Part shown: in pieces, positions 54,719 through 64,000 of the stretch
How the letters are laid out: every line of letters begins with the position of its first letter
Numbering within the stretch: position 1 is the stretch's first letter
Assembly: GCA_937949745.1 (NCBI GenBank)
Contig: CALECM010000105.1
Coordinates: 42,877-106,876, forward strand
Reading direction: 5' to 3'
From: an uncultured Bacteroidales bacterium
GTDB lineage: Bacteria; Bacteroidota; Bacteroidia; Bacteroidales; WCHB1-69
DNA: 64,000 nt
Notes under the pieces: model-generated
Seen by the model: only the letters and a program-made list of their open reading frames with translations
Told to the model about the DNA's origin: nothing
Database searches by the model: none
Translations under genes and position numbers: made by a program

Positions 54719-55625
54719 CAGCTTCATTTTCATTAAGATGAGAAAGGATGATCCTTACTTTATTTTTATAAATAAAAAGAAGGTTTTCTTCAAAAGACTT
54801 TTGTATTGGTTTTAGCAACAAGTCACCTGCCTTTACCGGTCCACCCATCAGGAAAATAGCTTCGGGAGAAGTATAAGCTACCGCATTAGCCAGTGCCACA
54901 CCTAAAATTTCGCCGGTAATCCGGAAAGTTTTGCGGGCTATCTCGTCCCCGTTAAGCGCCAATGCGGCAATATATTTACTGCTGATAGAATTTTCATCTT
55001 CCGGAACAAAATTTCCACCGTATTTCTTCTTCATTAATTCTATGAAAGTCTTCTTAATACCTCCGGATGAAGTATACTGTTCCAGGCATCCCTTGCGACC
55101 GCAATTACATGAACGTCCGCCCGGATATATAATCACATGCCCCAGTTCGCCCGCATATCCGTCGTGTCCGTATACCAGTTTGCCGTTTACCACAATACCG
55201 CTGCCTACTCCGGTACCCAGGGTGATCATAATGAAATCTTTCATTTCTTTAGCGCCTCCGTATACCAGCTCGCCGAAAGCGGCGGCATTGGCATCATTAG
55301 TAACCACGACCGGAACATTGATCCTTTCCCGGATCATATCCCGCAGGTTCACCTCTCCTTTAAAATTCAAATTTACGGCATTATCGATACGGCCCGTATA
55401 ATAATTTCCGTTGGGGACTCCTATGCCGATACCCGTGACCTCCTTAATGCCGTTAATTTCCATCAGCTCAAGAATAGCCTCTGCCAGATGATCCACATAA
55501 GGACCGGGATCCCCGTATTGTGACGTCGATATCCGGGAACCGGCTATACATTTGCCTTCTCCGTTGACCAGCCCTATATCGGTATTAGTACCTCCGATAT
55601 CCACACCAATAGAAAAAGGTTTCAT
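54681..55625 (-). CDS. ROK-family sugar kinase (glucokinase-like)
   Basis: GVDIGGTNT, NDANAAAFGE, GTGVGSG, GELGH, CNCGRKGCLE zinc motif. Confidence 0.8.
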   Translation of the reverse strand: MKPFSIGVDIGGTNTDIGLVNGEGKCIAGSRISTSQYGDPGPYVDHLAEAILELMEINGIKEVTGIGIGVPNGNYYTGRIDNAVNLNFKGEVNLRDMIRERINVPVVVTNDANAAAFGELVYGGAKEMKDFIMITLGTGVGSGIVVNGKLVYGHDGYAGELGHVIIYPGGRSCNCGRKGCLEQYTSSGGIKKTFIELMKKKYGGNFVPEDENSISSKYIAALALNGDEIARKTFRITGEILGVALANAVAYTSPEAIFLMGGPVKAGDLLLKPIQKSFEENLLFIYKNKVRIILSHLNENEAAILGAAALTNKV

Positions 55626-56893
55626 TGCGCTATATTTAAATAAGTGACTCCGACCAATTTATCATACAAACCGTTTTCGTCCTGTAAATAAATAAGTACG
55701 GTATATTCGTTCTGGGTTTGCCAGTGATTCCCTTCAATATAGGTCTCGTCAATCGTATCGGTTCCGTTCTTAACGTACACATACTGATAATTGTAATAAC
55801 CCTGTTTAAGATAGAGCGCCGCTTCCCAGTAATTATTGACGGGATTATAGGATAATTTAGCATCTTTCCGGATATTCCAGTCCGTAAGTTCCCCGAATAC
55901 GTAAATATCCCCACCCTGAAATTCAAAATCCGGACGTAAGGCGAAATGAGTCATGGCATAATCTTCACGGTTCTGGCCCGGAAAATCGTTATTCCTGAAA
56001 TAACAACGCCCTTTCAGGGTCGTATTGGTTTCATAAGCGCCGAAGGGACGGGCTTTATCTTCCATAATATAGGCCTGATTAACGCCGTCGGTGTATCCGA
56101 GAGATACGATCCTGTTACCGTTATAGCGTAAACTACTGATATCGAAAGTTCTAAATTCTGCACCACCGTTCATAACATTTTCGTTATTATCATAATCAAA
56201 ACTATATTCGCCGGGTACACCCGATCTGTATTTCAGTCCGATAATGGCATTATCCCATCTGCCGTTCTGCATGATCGTAGCATTCAGGTATTGGGCGGGA
56301 TTCCGGATGGAATAACTACCGCTGTTCACTACAAAATCTATTTCCTGTTTGGTGAACATATATTGTATGTCCGTCGCGGCGTGTACATTTCCCGAAATAC
56401 CCACCTGTACCGGTTCCACGATCATCATCCTTCTGGTTAAAACCGGGTTATCCTGGTTGTCATCGTAAACAAAGAGAATATAATTTCCTGATTTGGTTAC
56501 TCTCATCTGATTCGTGGGAAATAATAATTCATAATGCGTATAAGATTGTATGGTATTAAAAGAATAGGAGTAATCGGTAATCTCATCTTCCATAAAGCCA
56601 TCCAGGTATTCTATAGGATTGAGGTCGGTAGGTTTCCAGTCGTGAGTACAATGAATGAGCGTATATTTAAGATAGCGGGATTCATTGGTGATATCATCGA
56701 AGGAAAGCCGTAACAAATCTTCACCGTTTAACTTTATGATCGGCTGACCTAAATCGGAATCATTGACATTCAATTTGATGCTTTTAATTCCGGGAACATA
56801 AATGGCATTATCCGGTTTTATATTCCCGGGAATTTGTGAAATGGCATTGTAAAAGCAACCCATCACCCATAACAAGAGTATTATCTTTCTCAT
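55622..56893 (-). CDS. DUF5103-like protein (family later named T9SS plug protein, first domain)
   Basis: Signal peptide. IKSIKLN...LRLSFDDI...YLKYTLIHCTHDWKPTDLNPIEYLDGF...TDYSYSFNT..YTHY matches my recollection of DUF5103. The 3' end overlaps the ROK gene start by 4 nt. Confidence 0.5.
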   Translation of the reverse strand: MRKIILLLWVMGCFYNAISQIPGNIKPDNAIYVPGIKSIKLNVNDSDLGQPIIKLNGEDLLRLSFDDITNESRYLKYTLIHCTHDWKPTDLNPIEYLDGFMEDEITDYSYSFNTIQSYTHYELLFPTNQMRVTKSGNYILFVYDDNQDNPVLTRRMMIVEPVQVGISGNVHAATDIQYMFTKQEIDFVVNSGSYSIRNPAQYLNATIMQNGRWDNAIIGLKYRSGVPGEYSFDYDNNENVMNGGAEFRTFDISSLRYNGNRIVSLGYTDGVNQAYIMEDKARPFGAYETNTTLKGRCYFRNNDFPGQNREDYAMTHFALRPDFEFQGGDIYVFGELTDWNIRKDAKLSYNPVNNYWEAALYLKQGYYNYQYVYVKNGTDTIDETYIEGNHWQTQNEYTVLIYLQDENGLYDKLVGVTYLNIAQ

Positions 56894-56949
56894 AAAATAC
56901 TATAAATTAATTTCTTAATGATTTCTTTCCATTAAGGCGCTTCGGATTT

Positions 56950-56957
56950 CAAATATA
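56950..56957 (-). promoter_or_regulatory. Bacteroidota -7 box (TAnnTTTG)
   Basis: TATATTTG on the minus strand, 56 nt upstream of ATG 56893. Confidence 0.45.
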
Positions 56958-57077
56958 ATCTTTTTTATTTACTTCTAATTAACACAATTTTATACCCTTA
57001 TTGATCTTTAATTTAAAAATCAATTCTGATGTAAAATTCCGTTAAATACTCATTCATAACACCTGACAAAAAAAATG

Positions 57078-57085
57078 TATTTTTG
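57078..57085 (+). promoter_or_regulatory. Bacteroidota -7 box (TAnnTTTG)
   Basis: TATTTTTG, 18 nt upstream of ATG 57104. Confidence 0.5.
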
Positions 57086-57103
57086 CAGCCTAAAGAAAAA
57101 TAG

Positions 57104-57502
57104 ATGAAAGTAAACAGCCAAAAAGAAACCGTTTTCGCCGCGGCTCCTAAAATTTTTTCCTTAATCACCAATTGTAAAAATTTCGGGGAATTTCTTCCGG
57201 ATCAAATAGAAAACTGGGAAGCAGGAGATGATTATTGTACATTCTCTTTTCAGGGCCTTATCACCTTAACATTGAGGATCGTGGAAAAAGAGGAATTTTC
57301 CAAAGTGGTTTACCGCGCGGAAAACACCCAGAATATCCCGGTAACTTTTACCATCCAAATCGAAGACCTGGGCGAAGAATGCCTTATATGGATAGACTCC
57401 GAAATGGACCTGCCCATTTATTTACAGGGTATGGTGAAAAAAACTTTCCAGAAATTTGTGGATGCCATTGTATTAAAGATCAAAATCGAGGCTGAAAAAT
57501 AA
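57104..57502 (+). CDS. hypothetical protein, possibly SRPBCC/CoxG-like fold
   Basis: 132 aa with an alternating beta-rich pattern and a terminal helix. Ends 5 nt before lptB. Family call is weak. Confidence 0.35.
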   Translation: MKVNSQKETVFAAAPKIFSLITNCKNFGEFLPDQIENWEAGDDYCTFSFQGLITLTLRIVEKEEFSKVVYRAENTQNIPVTFTIQIEDLGEECLIWIDSEMDLPIYLQGMVKKTFQKFVDAIVLKIKIEAEK

Positions 57503-57507
57503 TTATC

Positions 57508-58239
57508 ATGAAAGGCAGGATCAGAACCGAGAAATTAATCAAAAAATATAAAAACCGTACGGTCGTGAACGACGTCTCTTTCGAGGTGGAACAAGGAGAG
57601 ATCGTAGGACTTCTCGGACCTAACGGAGCCGGAAAAACCACCTCCTTCTATATGATCGTGGGACTTATCAAACCTTTCTCCGGCGAAATCTTCCTGAACG
57701 AAGAAAACATTACGAACCTCCCTATGTATAAAAGGGCAAAACTCGGAATCGCTTACCTGCCACAGGAAGCTTCCGTATTCCGTAACATGAGTGTGGAAGA
57801 CAATATCAAAGCCATTCTGGAATTCACCGACCTTACCAAAGCGGAACAAAAGGATAAACTGGAAAGCCTCATCAGTGAATTCAATATTCAGAAAGTGCGT
57901 AAGAATATGGGGAACAACCTTTCAGGTGGAGAGCGGAGGCGGACGGAAATCGCACGATGCCTAGCTACCAATCCGAAATTTATATTGCTGGACGAACCTT
58001 TTGCCGGCGTGGATCCTATTGCGGTAGAAGATATTCAGAATATCGTAAGCAAGTTGAAAGAAAAGAATATCGGCATTTTGATTACCGACCACAATGTACA
58101 TGAAACTCTTTCAATCACAGATCGTTCCTATCTTCTTTTCGAAGGCCGTATTTTAAAATCGGGAACCTCCGAGGAACTGGCCGCTGACGATTATGTTAAA
58201 AAAATATATCTGGGTAAGAATTTCGAATTGCGGAAATGA
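57508..58239 (+). CDS. lptB: LPS export ABC transporter ATP-binding protein
   Basis: [53 protein letters not shown]. Confidence 0.85.
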   Translation: MKGRIRTEKLIKKYKNRTVVNDVSFEVEQGEIVGLLGPNGAGKTTSFYMIVGLIKPFSGEIFLNEENITNLPMYKRAKLGIAYLPQEASVFRNMSVEDNIKAILEFTDLTKAEQKDKLESLISEFNIQKVRKNMGNNLSGGERRRTEIARCLATNPKFILLDEPFAGVDPIAVEDIQNIVSKLKEKNIGILITDHNVHETLSITDRSYLLFEGRILKSGTSEELAADDYVKKIYLGKNFELRK

Positions 58240-58311
58240 CAATAAAAAATATTAAATATCAGAGACTTATTACATTAGTGGAATTATTTTTGCTGGGATA
58301 ATATTTTTGTA

Positions 58312-58319
58312 TATATTTG
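58312..58319 (+). promoter_or_regulatory. Bacteroidota -7 box (TAnnTTTG)
   Basis: TATATTTG, 62 nt upstream of the secDF ATG at 58382. Confidence 0.5.
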
Positions 58320-58381
58320 CAGGCTTAAAAAAAATCAATTGAGAATAAAATAGAATATTAATAATCAAATAGATAAAAAAA

Positions 58382-61300
58382 ATGCGTAACAAAGGTCTAG
58401 TTCTTTTCTTTACAATACTCATTGCATTAATCTGCGTGTATTGCCTGTCTTTTACCTTCGTAGCCAGCTCTGTGGAAAAAGATGCCAGAAAATATGCAGA
58501 AGAAAATCTCACCAATCCGTCCACCGAACAATATATTGTACAGACGGCAGCGGGAGACCCCATGTATGAGAAACAATTGAGAGATTCCATCTATAATGAC
58601 AGTGAAAGTCATTACCTGACGGTTATGAAAGATTCTTCCGTATTTTTCGGAATGACCTATAAACAGGTAAAATACAAGGAATTAAACCTGGGTCTGGATT
58701 TAAAGGGAGGTATGAATGTTACGCTGGAAATCTCCATTCCGGATGTAGTGAAAAGTCTGGCTATCAATACCGAAGACGAGCTTTTCGAGAATACTTTTAA
58801 CAAAGCCTTACAACGTTATAATGAAACCAACGGAGATTTTATCGATATTTTCGTACAAACATTCAATACCGAAAAAGCCGCTTTAGGCTTAAATAACGCT
58901 ACTCTCCGTACTTATTTCGGAGACAGGTCGGGGATCAAAAACGCTTCTGACCAGCAGATCAGGGATTTTATCAGGACGGAATCCGACGGAATTGTGGACA
59001 GGACCTTTAAGATATTACGTACCCGTATCGACCGTTTCGGTGTGGCGCAACCTAATATCCAGCGCCTGCAGGGAGGACGTATTTTAGTGGAACTTCCGGG
59101 TATCAAAGAACCGGAACGTGTAACCGACCTTTTGAAAAGTACGGCGAAACTGGAGTTCTGGGAAGTATATAATGATCCGTTTAACGGAATGCCTATCCAG
59201 GAAGCTTTCAGGCAGGCAGATATCAAACTCGGGGAACAATTAAAGTTACAGGAAACGCGGGAAGCGCAGCAGGAAGTTGCGGTAGCCGATACAGCCGTTA
59301 CCGAATCAGATGCTGCATTCGGCCTCGATTTCGATGATGAAGACGAAGATGAAGAATTCGAGGAAACATACGGATTAGGACCGATCCTCAGTAAAGCGGT
59401 TCCCGGCAACGACGGTATTTCCATAGGCTATTTCCGTGAAGCCGATATGAAAGAAGTTGAAAGATTACTTCCACAATTACAAAGGATAATGGGCGGAAAT
59501 AATGTTGTCTTCTATTGGGGAAGCGCGGACCGGAATTTCGGTAACGCATACCCGCTTATTCCTTTAAAGAAAAACAATGACCGTATCGGTCCAAAACTGA
59601 GTTCCGAAACCATCGGAGGCGCAAGGATCATCCGTTCCGCCCGTCAGGATATAGACCAAAATAACCGTATAATAGTCAATATGTCGATGGAAGACCAGGC
59701 TACGGACGAATGGAGAAAGATCACCAAAGCCGCTGTAGATAACAAAACCAAATCGACTTATATCGCGATCGTACTTGATAATTTCGTTTATTCCTATCCG
59801 GGTATCAGAAGTGAAATTCCGAACGGAAACTCCGAAATCTCAGGTAATTTCTCTATTGAAGAAGCGAAGGACCTTGCTACGGTCCTCAATTCAGGAAACC
59901 TGGAAGCGCAGGTAAATATCGTACAGTCCGAAGTTGTCGGACCAACCCTCGGTAAAGAATCAATCAGCGCCGGATTATTGTCAGCGGTACTGGCCTTCCT
60001 GTTGGTACTGGTCTATATGTTCCTGTACTATAGCCGCGCAGGTCTTGTAGCCGACATAGCATTGTTTACCAACGTATTCTTTATATTGGGAATCCTTGCA
60101 TCTCTGGGAGCCGTACTAACATTACCCGGTATCGCCGGTATCGTACTTACTCTGGGTATGGCTGTGGATGCCAACGTAATTATCTTCGAACGTATACGTG
60201 AAGAAATACGTGCGGGTAAGGGAACCCGGATGGCCGTAGAAGAAGGATATAAAAACGCCTATTCCGCCATTATTGACGGTAACGTCACGACCTTGATCAC
60301 AGCCATCGTGCTTTATATTTTCGGGTCAGGTCCGATCCAGGGATTTGCCACCACTCTTATTATCGGTATTTTATCCTCCCTGTTCACGGCGATCTTCATT
60401 ACGAGATTAATTTTCGAAACCCAGCTCAAAAAAGGAAGAACTCTGAAATTCGGTAATAAATATACTATTAACGCTTTCACAAATACCCATTTTGATTTCC
60501 TGAAGACCAAGAAGATATTCTATACACTTTCCGGTACATTGATAGTGGTATGTATTATCTCTTTCGCTACTCTCGGACTTAGTCCCGGTATTGATTTCAC
60601 GGGAGGAAGAAATTATGTGGTACGTTTTGACCAGGAAGTTTCCACAGCAGATGTCAGAGAAGCGGTTGCGGAAGAATTCGGAGGTAATCCGGAAGTAAAA
60701 ACTTTCGGTGGAAACGACCAGGTAAGGATCACGACCAACTATAAGATCGACAGCAACGATCCTGCCATAGACAAAGAAGCTGAAGTGAAATTATATAATG
60801 CCTTAAAAGGCTTTTATGCGAAATCGGATATTTCCGAAACCGATTTTACGCAACAGATGGATCCGCGTGGTATCCAAAGTTCACAAAAAGTACAACCTAC
60901 TATCGCACGTGAGCTTTTAGGAAATGCCATCTGGGCCGTCGTGATCTCTTTGATCCTCATATTTGCCTATATTGCCATAAGGTTTAAAAACTGGCAATTT
61001 GGTCTCGGAGGGGTAATCTCACTGGTACACGATGCCCTGATCACGATAGGATTATTTTCACTTTTCTATAAAGTGATGCCTTTCTCCATGGAAATCGACC
61101 AGTCATTCATCGGGGCTATCCTTACCGTAATCGGTTATTCTATCAATAACGTAGTGATCATTTACGACAGGATCAGGGAAAACCTTGCACTTTATCCTAA
61201 ACGTGACAATTACGTTAATTTCAACTCTGCTGTTAACAGTACCTTGGGCAGGACCGTGAATACGGCCGGGACAACCATTGTGGTGTTATTAGCTATCTTT

Positions 61301-61459
61301 ATTTTCGGCGGGGAAGTGATCCGCGGATTCGTTTTCGCGATGGGCGCCGGTATCATAATCGGTACTTATTCAGGGATCTTTTTCTCCACTCCTTTGGTGT
61401 ATGATTTGTTAAATATCAAAGGGAATAAAATAAAAAGAGCGAAAACAAAACTTAAATAA
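58382..61459 (+). CDS. secDF: fused protein translocase subunit SecDF
   Basis: 1025 aa. LGLDLKGG, two 6-TM blocks, SecD- and SecF-type GxxxxDANVIIFERIRE / IIYDRIRE motifs. Confidence 0.9.
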   Translation: MRNKGLVLFFTILIALICVYCLSFTFVASSVEKDARKYAEENLTNPSTEQYIVQTAAGDPMYEKQLRDSIYNDSESHYLTVMKDSSVFFGMTYKQVKYKELNLGLDLKGGMNVTLEISIPDVVKSLAINTEDELFENTFNKALQRYNETNGDFIDIFVQTFNTEKAALGLNNATLRTYFGDRSGIKNASDQQIRDFIRTESDGIVDRTFKILRTRIDRFGVAQPNIQRLQGGRILVELPGIKEPERVTDLLKSTAKLEFWEVYNDPFNGMPIQEAFRQADIKLGEQLKLQETREAQQEVAVADTAVTESDAAFGLDFDDEDEDEEFEETYGLGPILSKAVPGNDGISIGYFREADMKEVERLLPQLQRIMGGNNVVFYWGSADRNFGNAYPLIPLKKNNDRIGPKLSSETIGGARIIRSARQDIDQNNRIIVNMSMEDQATDEWRKITKAAVDNKTKSTYIAIVLDNFVYSYPGIRSEIPNGNSEISGNFSIEEAKDLATVLNSGNLEAQVNIVQSEVVGPTLGKESISAGLLSAVLAFLLVLVYMFLYYSRAGLVADIALFTNVFFILGILASLGAVLTLPGIAGIVLTLGMAVDANVIIFERIREEIRAGKGTRMAVEEGYKNAYSAIIDGNVTTLITAIVLYIFGSGPIQGFATTLIIGILSSLFTAIFITRLIFETQLKKGRTLKFGNKYTINAFTNTHFDFLKTKKIFYTLSGTLIVVCIISFATLGLSPGIDFTGGRNYVVRFDQEVSTADVREAVAEEFGGNPEVKTFGGNDQVRITTNYKIDSNDPAIDKEAEVKLYNALKGFYAKSDISETDFTQQMDPRGIQSSQKVQPTIARELLGNAIWAVVISLILIFAYIAIRFKNWQFGLGGVISLVHDALITIGLFSLFYKVMPFSMEIDQSFIGAILTVIGYSINNVVIIYDRIRENLALYPKRDNYVNFNSAVNSTLGRTVNTAGTTIVVLLAIFIFGGEVIRGFVFAMGAGIIIGTYSGIFFSTPLVYDLLNIKGNKIKRAKTKLK

Positions 61460-61541
61460 AGTAAACTTTTTGGTATTTGTCATGTCAGAATATTTTCTTA
61501 TCTTAGCGGACTAAAATCGCAATTAGAAAATATTAACAAAC

Positions 61542-64000
61542 ATGAACATATATAAATCCTTAATGATCTGTATAAGTGCCTTCTTGTTAGGTACTTATAC
61601 TTTGAATGCCCAAACATTGAGAGATGCCGATTATGCCTTCAAGCATAACCAATATGAAAAAGCGCTCGAAGATTATAAGAAAGGGATCAAAAAAATCAGC
61701 AAGAACCAGGTTGAAGTAAGAAGGGTAACTTTCCAGATTGCCGAATGTTACCGTATTATGGGCGACCTGAAAAGAGCGGAACAGCAGTATCTCAGACTTG
61801 AAAAAAGGAATTATCAGAAAGATAATCCGATGATCCTTTTCCATTTAGGCAGTATTTATAACCTACGTGGAGAATATGACCAGGCCTTAAAATACTATAC
61901 CGATTTCAAAAAAAGAGCGCCTGATAATGAGCTTATCGACGCCCGGATCGAGGGTTGCCAGAAAGCCAAAATGTGGATTGAGAATCCTACCCGTTACGAA
62001 GTTGAGAATCTCAAAAAATTCAATACCAAACAGAACGAATGGGCTCCCCGCTGGGGAAATCCTGAAAAAATGAACCAGATCATTTTTACATCCAATCGTG
62101 AAGGATCGGTAGGAAAGGGCACTGACCAGTGGACAGGCGGATTTTTTTCAGACCTTTACAGATCCGATAAACCGAAAAGTAAAAATACTGAATGGCCGGG
62201 CGAATGGTCTCCGGTATTACCTTTGGATGAAGGAGAGAAAGTGAATACAGCCGTAAATGAAGGAGAAGCATCCGCCAACAGGAAAGGCGGCGTTATTTAT
62301 TTCACCCGTTGTCCGCAGGATAAGAAAAAAGTAATGGGATGTTACATCTATTCTTCCACCAAACGCGGTAAATCCTGGAGTGATCCTGAAATCGTGGAAC
62401 TGGGTCCCGACTCATTCAATTATGTGCATCCATTTATCATGGACAATGAATTAACACTTTACTTCGCATCGAATATGCCGGGAGGACAGGGAGGTTATGA
62501 TATTTACAAAGCTACCCGTACTAAAAAATCCGGAAAATTTACTTCCATTACCAATTTGGGGCCGAAAGTGAATACTATTGGACAGGAAGTTTTCCCTTCC
62601 ATGAGGAACGATACGACCTTGTATTTCTCTTCCGACGGTCACGTGGGAATGGGTGGATTAGACATTTTTTCGTCCGCACTCAAAAACGGACAATTCCAGG
62701 AACCGGAAAACCTGATGTCGCCTATCAATTCCAGTTACGATGATTTAGGCATTATATTTGATGAAACCGAGGCGCTGGATCCGCTTTCCAAATCGCCTTA
62801 TATGGCAAAAGGATTTTTCTCATCCAACCGTCCCGGCGGACGGGGAGGTGACGACATATATTACTTCATCTTACGTCCTGTAGTATTTACTTTAGCCGGA
62901 TTTGTAAGAGACGACGCTACCCTGCAATATATCGACGGCGCCGAAGTAGAAATTATCGGATCGGACGGTTCTTCATACAAAACCCAAACCGACGTTAAAG
63001 GTTATTACTATTTTGATAAGACCAAGATATTGGGTAACGTAACTTACAACATGAGAGTTACCAAACCTAAATACTGGGAAGAAAATAATACGGCTGTACA
63101 AACTACGGTCGGACTTACGGAAAATACCGATTTAAAACAGGATTTCAGGCTTACCCCGATTCCGGTGGAACCTATCGTATTACCGGAAATACTTTACCCT
63201 TTCAACAGTGCCGAACTTAAACCGCAATACAAGGATTCGTTGTTGTATCTCTATGATATTATGGTTAAGAATCCAACCCTTGTGGTTGAATTACGTTCCC
63301 ACACCGACTACCGCGGCTCGGACGAGTTTAACGAAGAACTTTCTCAAAGAAGGGCGCAGGCATGTGTGGATTTCCTTGTCAACGAAAAAGGAATCGATCC
63401 GGAAAGAATCGTACCGAAAGGTTACGGGGAATACAGACCCAGACGATTTACCCAGGATTTACATTACCGTTTTGAAGGCAAAACCTATACTTTCCCGAAA
63501 GGAACGGAGCTGACCGAAGCCTATATCACCGCATTACCGTCCAAAGGTGAACAGGAAGCAGCCAATGCTTTGAACCGGCGTACGGAGTTTATCGTATTGC
63601 GTAGTGATTTTGTACCCAAAGGAGACAGTATCGGAAGAGTTACCGGTCCGATCAGGGTGGTTCAGGAAAGAAGTGTTCCTATTAATATGACCAATGATGT
63701 GGTTAAAGGAACCTGTATAGCAAACGGTAAATCGTTTGATTTTGAAATCGCTCCCGGAAGTAATGAAATACACATGAGTTATACCGCTGCGACCCAATTT
63801 TTACGTGAAATGATAATCACGGTATCCGACTTTGAGGAAAAAGAAAAAGCGATTAAACAGGAAGATGGTTCCATCATCGAAAATTCTGTTCTTTATCTCA
63901 GTGAATTAAGAATCGGTGATGATTACGCGGAAAATGTACCGGTAATCATTAAGAAAGGTCTTTCTTCTACCTTTGTGATCGGAGAAAATTATATTAAGGA
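61542..64000 (+). CDS. TPR + TolB-like beta-propeller + carboxypeptidase-regulatory-like + OmpA_C protein (PG1058-like T9SS-associated architecture), 3' end outside the window
   Basis: Not in the ORF track (no stop in the window). I translated it by hand from the ATG at 61542 and it stays open to base 64000. Signal peptide MNIYKSLMICISAFLLGTYTLNAQ. TPR-like YEKALEDYKKGI..AECYRIMGDLKRAEQQY. Propeller-like LTLYFASNMPGGQGGYDIY / TLYFSSDGHVGMGGLDIF. LAGFVRDDATLQYIDGAEVEIIG. OmpA_C LRSHTDYRGSDEFNEELSQRRAQACVDFL..NRRTEFIVL. Confidence 0.7.
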   Translation, partial: MNIYKSLMICISAFLLGTYTLNAQTLRDADYAFKHNQYEKALEDYKKGIKKISKNQVEVRRVTFQIAECYRIMGDLKRAEQQYLRLEKRNYQKDNPMILFHLGSIYNLRGEYDQALKYYTDFKKRAPDNELIDARIEGCQKAKMWIENPTRYEVENLKKFNTKQNEWAPRWGNPEKMNQIIFTSNREGSVGKGTDQWTGGFFSDLYRSDKPKSKNTEWPGEWSPVLPLDEGEKVNTAVNEGEASANRKGGVIYFTRCPQDKKKVMGCYIYSSTKRGKSWSDPEIVELGPDSFNYVHPFIMDNELTLYFASNMPGGQGGYDIYKATRTKKSGKFTSITNLGPKVNTIGQEVFPSMRNDTTLYFSSDGHVGMGGLDIFSSALKNGQFQEPENLMSPINSSYDDLGIIFDETEALDPLSKSPYMAKGFFSSNRPGGRGGDDIYYFILRPVVFTLAGFVRDDATLQYIDGAEVEIIGSDGSSYKTQTDVKGYYYFDKTKILGNVTYNMRVTKPKYWEENNTAVQTTVGLTENTDLKQDFRLTPIPVEPIVLPEILYPFNSAELKPQYKDSLLYLYDIMVKNPTLVVELRSHTDYRGSDEFNEELSQRRAQACVDFLVNEKGIDPERIVPKGYGEYRPRRFTQDLHYRFEGKTYTFPKGTELTEAYITALPSKGEQEAANALNRRTEFIVLRSDFVPKGDSIGRVTGPIRVVQERSVPINMTNDVVKGTCIANGKSFDFEIAPGSNEIHMSYTAATQFLREMIITVSDFEEKEKAIKQEDGSIIENSVLYLSELRIGDDYAENVPVIIKKGLSSTFVIGENYIK

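Noticed and set aside
58912-59424. 170-aa Ser-rich ORF antisense to secDF
   Set aside because: It is the low-complexity mirror of the acidic and variable periplasmic loop of SecD. It has no start context or promoter box.
1-64000. Integrated mobile element, prophage or conjugative island
   Set aside because: I recognised no integrase, transposase, tRNA attachment site, phage structural genes or tra/mob genes. The 5-17.5 kb island has no detectable boundary repeats.

Overview
This 64-kb chromosomal window reads as Bacteroidota, probably Bacteroidales-like. It is densely coding, with 43 protein genes that I can support. TAnnTTTG -7 promoter boxes sit in front of most transcription units. Lipoprotein and T9SS-type proteins are common, and SecDF is fused. 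I saw no rRNA, tRNA, CRISPR array, integrase, transposase or phage genes. Layout: (1) 1-4.9 kb holds a partial DUF362 lipoprotein, a secreted hypothetical, a MATE exporter behind a long foldable leader, a 760-bp hairpin-dense non-coding stretch and a beta-helix lipoprotein. (2) 5.0-17.5 kb looks accessory. It is packed with small-molecule and genotoxin-response genes: three AraC-type HTH proteins including a full Ada, an Fpg/Nei-like protein without the N-terminal Pro, DUF1848, five VOC domains, two GyrI-like domains, an Isf-type flavoprotein, a GNAT-VOC fusion, two copies of a rare zinc-ribbon module, an M28 peptidase and a SAM methyltransferase. (3) 17.5-22.2 kb holds rsgA, a HelD-like helicase, a minimal nucleotidyltransferase-fold protein and a PAS-LuxR regulator. 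(4) 22.5-29.8 kb is one 2461-aa secreted protein with a Pmp-type beta-helix, two diverged ~700-aa modules, a HYR-like domain and a C-terminal Fibrobacter-type (FISUMP) domain. It has no recognisable T9SS sorting domain. (5) 30-64 kb is housekeeping and envelope core: lgt, aminopeptidase P, TolC, a P-type ATPase, DUF2723, pheS, a cyclophilin, an MltF-like protein, purB, a T9SS type-B substrate, TamB, tsaD, a ROK kinase, a DUF5103/T9SS-plug-like protein, lptB, secDF and a partial PG1058-like TPR/beta-propeller/OmpA protein. Two families of intergenic palindromic repeats recur. I do not see a clear-cut new multi-gene defence system. The best candidates for something undescribed are the ZnR-AraC-GyrI / Fpg-like / GyrI-like operon inside the genotoxin island, the giant modular protein, and the structured MATE leader. 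All family assignments come from motif recognition by eye, not from searches.
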